The notes under the pieces are model-generated. The model did no database searches. It was not told the origin of the DNA and saw nothing but the letters and a program-made list of their open reading frames with translations. From an uncultured Eubacteriales bacterium (GTDB taxonomy: Bacteria > Bacillota > Clostridia > Oscillospirales > Acutalibacteraceae), in NCBI GenBank assembly GCA_948527295.1, contig CAOSWK010000002.1:72416-136415 (forward strand): a DNA stretch of 64,000 nucleotides, written 5' to 3'. This document shows, one piece after another, positions 60,747 to 64,000 of this stretch. Made by a program: the position numbers and the translations under genes. Position 1 is the stretch's first letter. Each line of letters opens with the position of its first letter.

Positions 60747-62705
60747 TCAATTATTTATTGCTGTGATCATCGCCATGACTCTCTCCTTAACCTGCTCCAC
60801 ATCGGCATCTTCAATCTGCGCCCCAGCCATCGTTTGATGTCCGCCGCCGCCCAGCTTTTCCATCAAAGGCTGAACGTTAACATCCCCCATAGACCGGGCA
60901 GAAACATTCACCACATCGTTGTCAAAATATATAACAAAAGACGCCTTAACCCCCTGAATATCGAGCAATTCGTCCGCCGCCTGCGCCGCCGCCAACCGGA
61001 TATTTTTCATGCTCCACGGAGAGACCGATATAGCGCAGCTGTTGAAGATCTCCGCCGTAGAAACCAGCTGATATTTCTCCTTATAAGTCGTTATAGTATT
61101 AGAGAAAAACCGCTTCACAGTCACAGTGCTAGCCCCTCGTTTGCGCAAAAAAGCCGCCGCTTCAAAGGTCCGAACACCCGTCTTAAGCACAAAATTCCTC
61201 GTATCCAGCATGATTCCAGAAAGCAAAGCCTCCGCCTCAACAGAAGTCAAAAAGTCCTCTCCAAAATACTGAACAAGCTCCGTAACCATCTCCGAAGCCG
61301 AAGACGCCGAGGGTTCGTGATAAAAAACCAAAGCGCCGTCAATGTGGTTCACCATCATCCTGTGATGATCAATCACAACCGTGCGCTTACACCGCTGATA
61401 AACCGAGAAATCCTCAACAAAGCTAGGCGAATGCGTGTCCACAACAATAAGCAAGGTCTTCTCGGTAATAATATTCAAAGCCGCCGAGGACGCAATAAAC
61501 ACCTTCTCGTCGGTAGCCTTCTTAACAGCCTGCACGACATTCTCCGCCAGAGTGGCCGCCTCGTTCAAAACAACATAAGCATTCTTTTTCTGACCCTTAG
61601 TAATCGCGCTCCACATGCCAACGCAAGCGCCCACGCTGTCCAGATCCGAATACTTGTGCCCCATAATAAAGATCAAGTCGCTCTCCCGAACGTGCTCAAG
61701 CAGAGTGTTCGCAATCACCCTAGTGCGCACCTTGTCGAGCTTCTCGGTCTCTTTAGAAACGCCGCCAAAAAACGCAAACGTGTCCTTGTGCTTAACCACA
61801 GCCTGGTCTCCACCCCGGCCCAAAGCCATCTCCAAAGCCTTTTTAGCCCAAAGCTCACTTTCTCGCAAGTTAGCAGCACTCCTGCCCACACCAATCGAGA
61901 TCGTCGCAAATTTGTTTTCATCGAGCCTAACTTTTCTTACAGACTCAAGCACCAAAAACTTCTCATCAACAAAGCCCTTAACGTAGCGCTCTTCAACAAT
62001 CATCATATAAAAGGCGTCGTTGAGCTTCCTAAAAATAGCCTTAGCGTCTCTTGCCCAGTTTTGAAGCAGCTGCTCGACTCCCGCAACAACCAAGCTGCTC
62101 TGCTCAACTTCGATGTCCCTCAAAATCTCGTCCTTATTGTCAAACATAATCAGCATAACCGTCGACCGGCTCGCCAAATACTCAAAGGTAGTCTCCTTAT
62201 AGTAGGTGTCCTCAATAAAATACAGCACATTTATTTTGGGCAAAGCCACGCCGTACACCGTGAATCGCTTGCCATTATGAGAAACATCAACACCGTTGCG
62301 CTCAAAAATATGGCCAACCTTCTTATTATTCAAAAACTTTTCAACAGATTCACCCAAGCAATTCGAGTTCCCCGCAACCTCCGCCTTAAACGAGTCATTC
62401 GCAAAAACAATTTCGCCATTCTTGCCAATAGCCACAGCAGAAAACGGCGTCCATTCCAAAAATTTATCGCTATCCCGCTGCGCGTCGAGTAAGTCACTCA
62501 TAAGCGATTCCACATATCTTTTAAAATCGAAGATTCCCCTGGCCAGCAAAAAGAACAAAACCACAACCAGAGCCAATTCCGCAAAAAATATATACTTGTT
62601 GAAGAACCAGCTAACCGCCGCCATCATGAACATCAGCAGGTTCATGATGAACACTAAAGGCGTTGTAACCCAAACTTTTTTTCTCAAAAAAGCACCCCCG
62701 CGCAA
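60747..62705 (-). CDS. gdpP: DHH/DHHA1 phosphodiesterase with N-terminal TM helices and PAS / degenerate GGDEF region (GdpP-type c-di-AMP phosphodiesterase)
   Basis: Two N-terminal TM helices, DHH motif (VVIDHHR), DHHA1 GGGGH motif (LGGGGHQTMAGAQ). Canonical gdpP-rplI-dnaB synteny. Alternative start TTG 62687. Confidence 0.85.
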   Translation of the reverse strand: MRGGAFLRKKVWVTTPLVFIMNLLMFMMAAVSWFFNKYIFFAELALVVVLFFLLARGIFDFKRYVESLMSDLLDAQRDSDKFLEWTPFSAVAIGKNGEIVFANDSFKAEVAGNSNCLGESVEKFLNNKKVGHIFERNGVDVSHNGKRFTVYGVALPKINVLYFIEDTYYKETTFEYLASRSTVMLIMFDNKDEILRDIEVEQSSLVVAGVEQLLQNWARDAKAIFRKLNDAFYMMIVEERYVKGFVDEKFLVLESVRKVRLDENKFATISIGVGRSAANLRESELWAKKALEMALGRGGDQAVVKHKDTFAFFGGVSKETEKLDKVRTRVIANTLLEHVRESDLIFIMGHKYSDLDSVGACVGMWSAITKGQKKNAYVVLNEAATLAENVVQAVKKATDEKVFIASSAALNIITEKTLLIVVDTHSPSFVEDFSVYQRCKRTVVIDHHRMMVNHIDGALVFYHEPSASSASEMVTELVQYFGEDFLTSVEAEALLSGIMLDTRNFVLKTGVRTFEAAAFLRKRGASTVTVKRFFSNTITTYKEKYQLVSTAEIFNSCAISVSPWSMKNIRLAAAQAADELLDIQGVKASFVIYFDNDVVNVSARSMGDVNVQPLMEKLGGGGHQTMAGAQIEDADVEQVKERVMAMITAINN

Positions 62706-62742
62706 CGTAATCGCATCAACTCATATGATAACAAATATCTAC

Positions 62743-64000
62743 TTAAATTTCCATAATTATTGGCAAAATCATCGGGCTTCTTTTCGTCTGCTCATAAAAA
62801 AACTTAGCAAGTTCGTCCTTAATCTTCGTCTTCATAATGCCCCATTCGCGCACTCCGTCTTCGTTGCAGCCTTCCAAAACTTTAATAACCTTATTTTTCG
62901 CAGTCTCCATCAAAGGTTCCGACTCTCGCACATAAACAAACCCCCGCGAGACAATGTCCGGCCCCGAAACAATGTATCCGTTCGAGAAATCCATAGTACA
63001 AACAACAACAATCAGCCCGTCTTGAGCCAGATGCTTTCTGTCCCGCAAAACAATACTTCCAACGTCACCGACTCCAAGGCCATCCACCAAGATTCTGCCA
63101 GCCGGCACCTTGCCCAAATACTTCAAATAATCCTCATTGACCTCGATAACGTCGCCAATATCACCAATAAAAACATTCGAATGCTTCATGCCCATGCTCT
63201 TAGCCAGCTGCGCATGATGGTGTAAGTGCTTCTGCTCGCCGTGGACAGGGATAAAGTACTTGGGCTTAACAATCCCCTGAATAATCTTCAGCTCCTCCTG
63301 GCAGGCGTGGCCAGAAACGTGAACCTCATACATAGACTCATAAACGACCGTGCAGCCCTTCTTAAGAAGCTCGTTAACAACCGCTCCCACCATCTTCTCG
63401 TTTCCAGGAATCGGGTTCGCAGAAATAATGATAAAATCGTCCGGCCCAACCTCAACCTTCCGGTGGTCAGAGTAAGCCATCCTCGTCAAAGCAGACATCG
63501 GCTCGCCCTGGCTGCCAGTGGTCAAAAGCACCGTCTTTTCTTTAGGATACTTATTAAGCAAGTCTATATCGATAATCACCCCGTCCGGAATGTCAAGATA
63601 CCCCATCTCATCGGCAATAGCCATATAGTTAATCATGCTTCGCCCCGAGAAGGCAACCTTGCGGTCATATTTGTGCGCACAATTTATGATCTGCTGTATC
63701 CGGCCAATATTCGACGCAAACGACGCAATTATAATCCGGTTGTTTTCGGCCTGTTTAAACAGGTGCTCAAAAGACGCAATGACCTTCTGCTCCGTGATGG
63801 TGTATCCCGCGCGCTCCGCATTGGTAGAGTCCGCAAACAAAGCCAAAACTCCCTGCGATCCAATCTGCGCAAACTTGCCAAGATCCGTCATTTCGCCTTG
63901 CACAGGTGTACAGTCAATTTTAAAGTCCCCCGTATGCACAAGCGTTCCGGCCGGAGAATATATCGCAACGCCCACAGCATCAGGAATAGAATGGTTCACA
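62743..64000 (-). CDS. rnj: Ribonuclease J (3' portion; the N-terminus lies beyond the window edge)
   Basis: Metallo-beta-lactamase/beta-CASP motifs (HTGDFKID, HVSGHA, PVHGE) and an RNase J C-terminal domain. The ORF is open to position 64000. Confidence 0.88.
   Translation of the reverse strand, partial: VNHSIPDAVGVAIYSPAGTLVHTGDFKIDCTPVQGEMTDLGKFAQIGSQGVLALFADSTNAERAGYTITEQKVIASFEHLFKQAENNRIIIASFASNIGRIQQIINCAHKYDRKVAFSGRSMINYMAIADEMGYLDIPDGVIIDIDLLNKYPKEKTVLLTTGSQGEPMSALTRMAYSDHRKVEVGPDDFIIISANPIPGNEKMVGAVVNELLKKGCTVVYESMYEVHVSGHACQEELKIIQGIVKPKYFIPVHGEQKHLHHHAQLAKSMGMKHSNVFIGDIGDVIEVNEDYLKYLGKVPAGRILVDGLGVGDVGSIVLRDRKHLAQDGLIVVVCTMDFSNGYIVSGPDIVSRGFVYVRESEPLMETAKNKVIKVLEGCNEDGVREWGIMKTKIKDELAKFFYEQTKRSPMILPIIMEI

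Noticed and set aside
60720-62492. 590-aa plus-strand ORF antisense to gdpP, the longest unexplained ORF in the track
   Set aside because: - It is exactly codon-aligned with gdpP on the opposite strand (both triplet phases are 0 mod 3). In that frame, antisense stops arise only where the sense gene uses TTA, CTA or TCA codons, which are rare here, so long shadow ORFs are expected.
- The product is low-complexity (R/N/H/L/Q-rich) with no SD or motifs.
- The minus-strand product has clear DHH/DHHA1 motifs.

Overview
This window looks like Firmicutes/Clostridia chromosome from a spore-former (spoIID and remA are present). That placement is an inference from gene content and synteny. It is densely coding and mostly core housekeeping.

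Gene content, left to right:
- potABCD polyamine ABC transporter, a cohesin-like surface protein, and a split TSUP/TauE transporter
- The conserved minus-strand block remA-gmk-rpoZ-priA-def-fmt-(Zn peptidase)-rlmN-stp-prkC
- trmB, a lipoprotein plus an OmpR/HK two-component pair, prmC, two trkA/ktrA-like genes, spoIID, gap, prfA, tsaC/sua5
- M18 aminopeptidase, SLT, polysaccharide deacetylase, mreBCD, dut, one tRNA-Gln(CUG), rplJL with its leader, asnS
- A complete nine-gene V-type ATPase operon (F/G-like, I, K, E, C, F, A, B, D)
- mscS, DUF4364, ftsH, tilS, dnaB, rplI, gdpP, and the 3' part of RNase J

I saw no rRNA, CRISPR array, cas gene, transposase or integrase.

Two places stand out:
1. 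At 40.8-41.5 kb, between mreB and dut, sit two tandem paralogous ~90-aa ORFs. Each has its own near-perfect promoter and an N-terminal double-glycine-type leader. No exporter, immunity or modification gene is nearby.
2. At about 28.3-34.8 kb lies a lower-GC accessory islet. It carries a dockerin-bearing secreted protein and an orphan Card1/Can2-like CARF-nuclease with altered signature motifs. It also carries a minus-strand cluster encoding a secreted Zn-phospholipase C, an unknown 421-aa secreted protein, a zinc-ribbon membrane protein and an acidic coiled-coil protein.

All family calls come from motifs I recognise in the supplied translations. No database search was possible.
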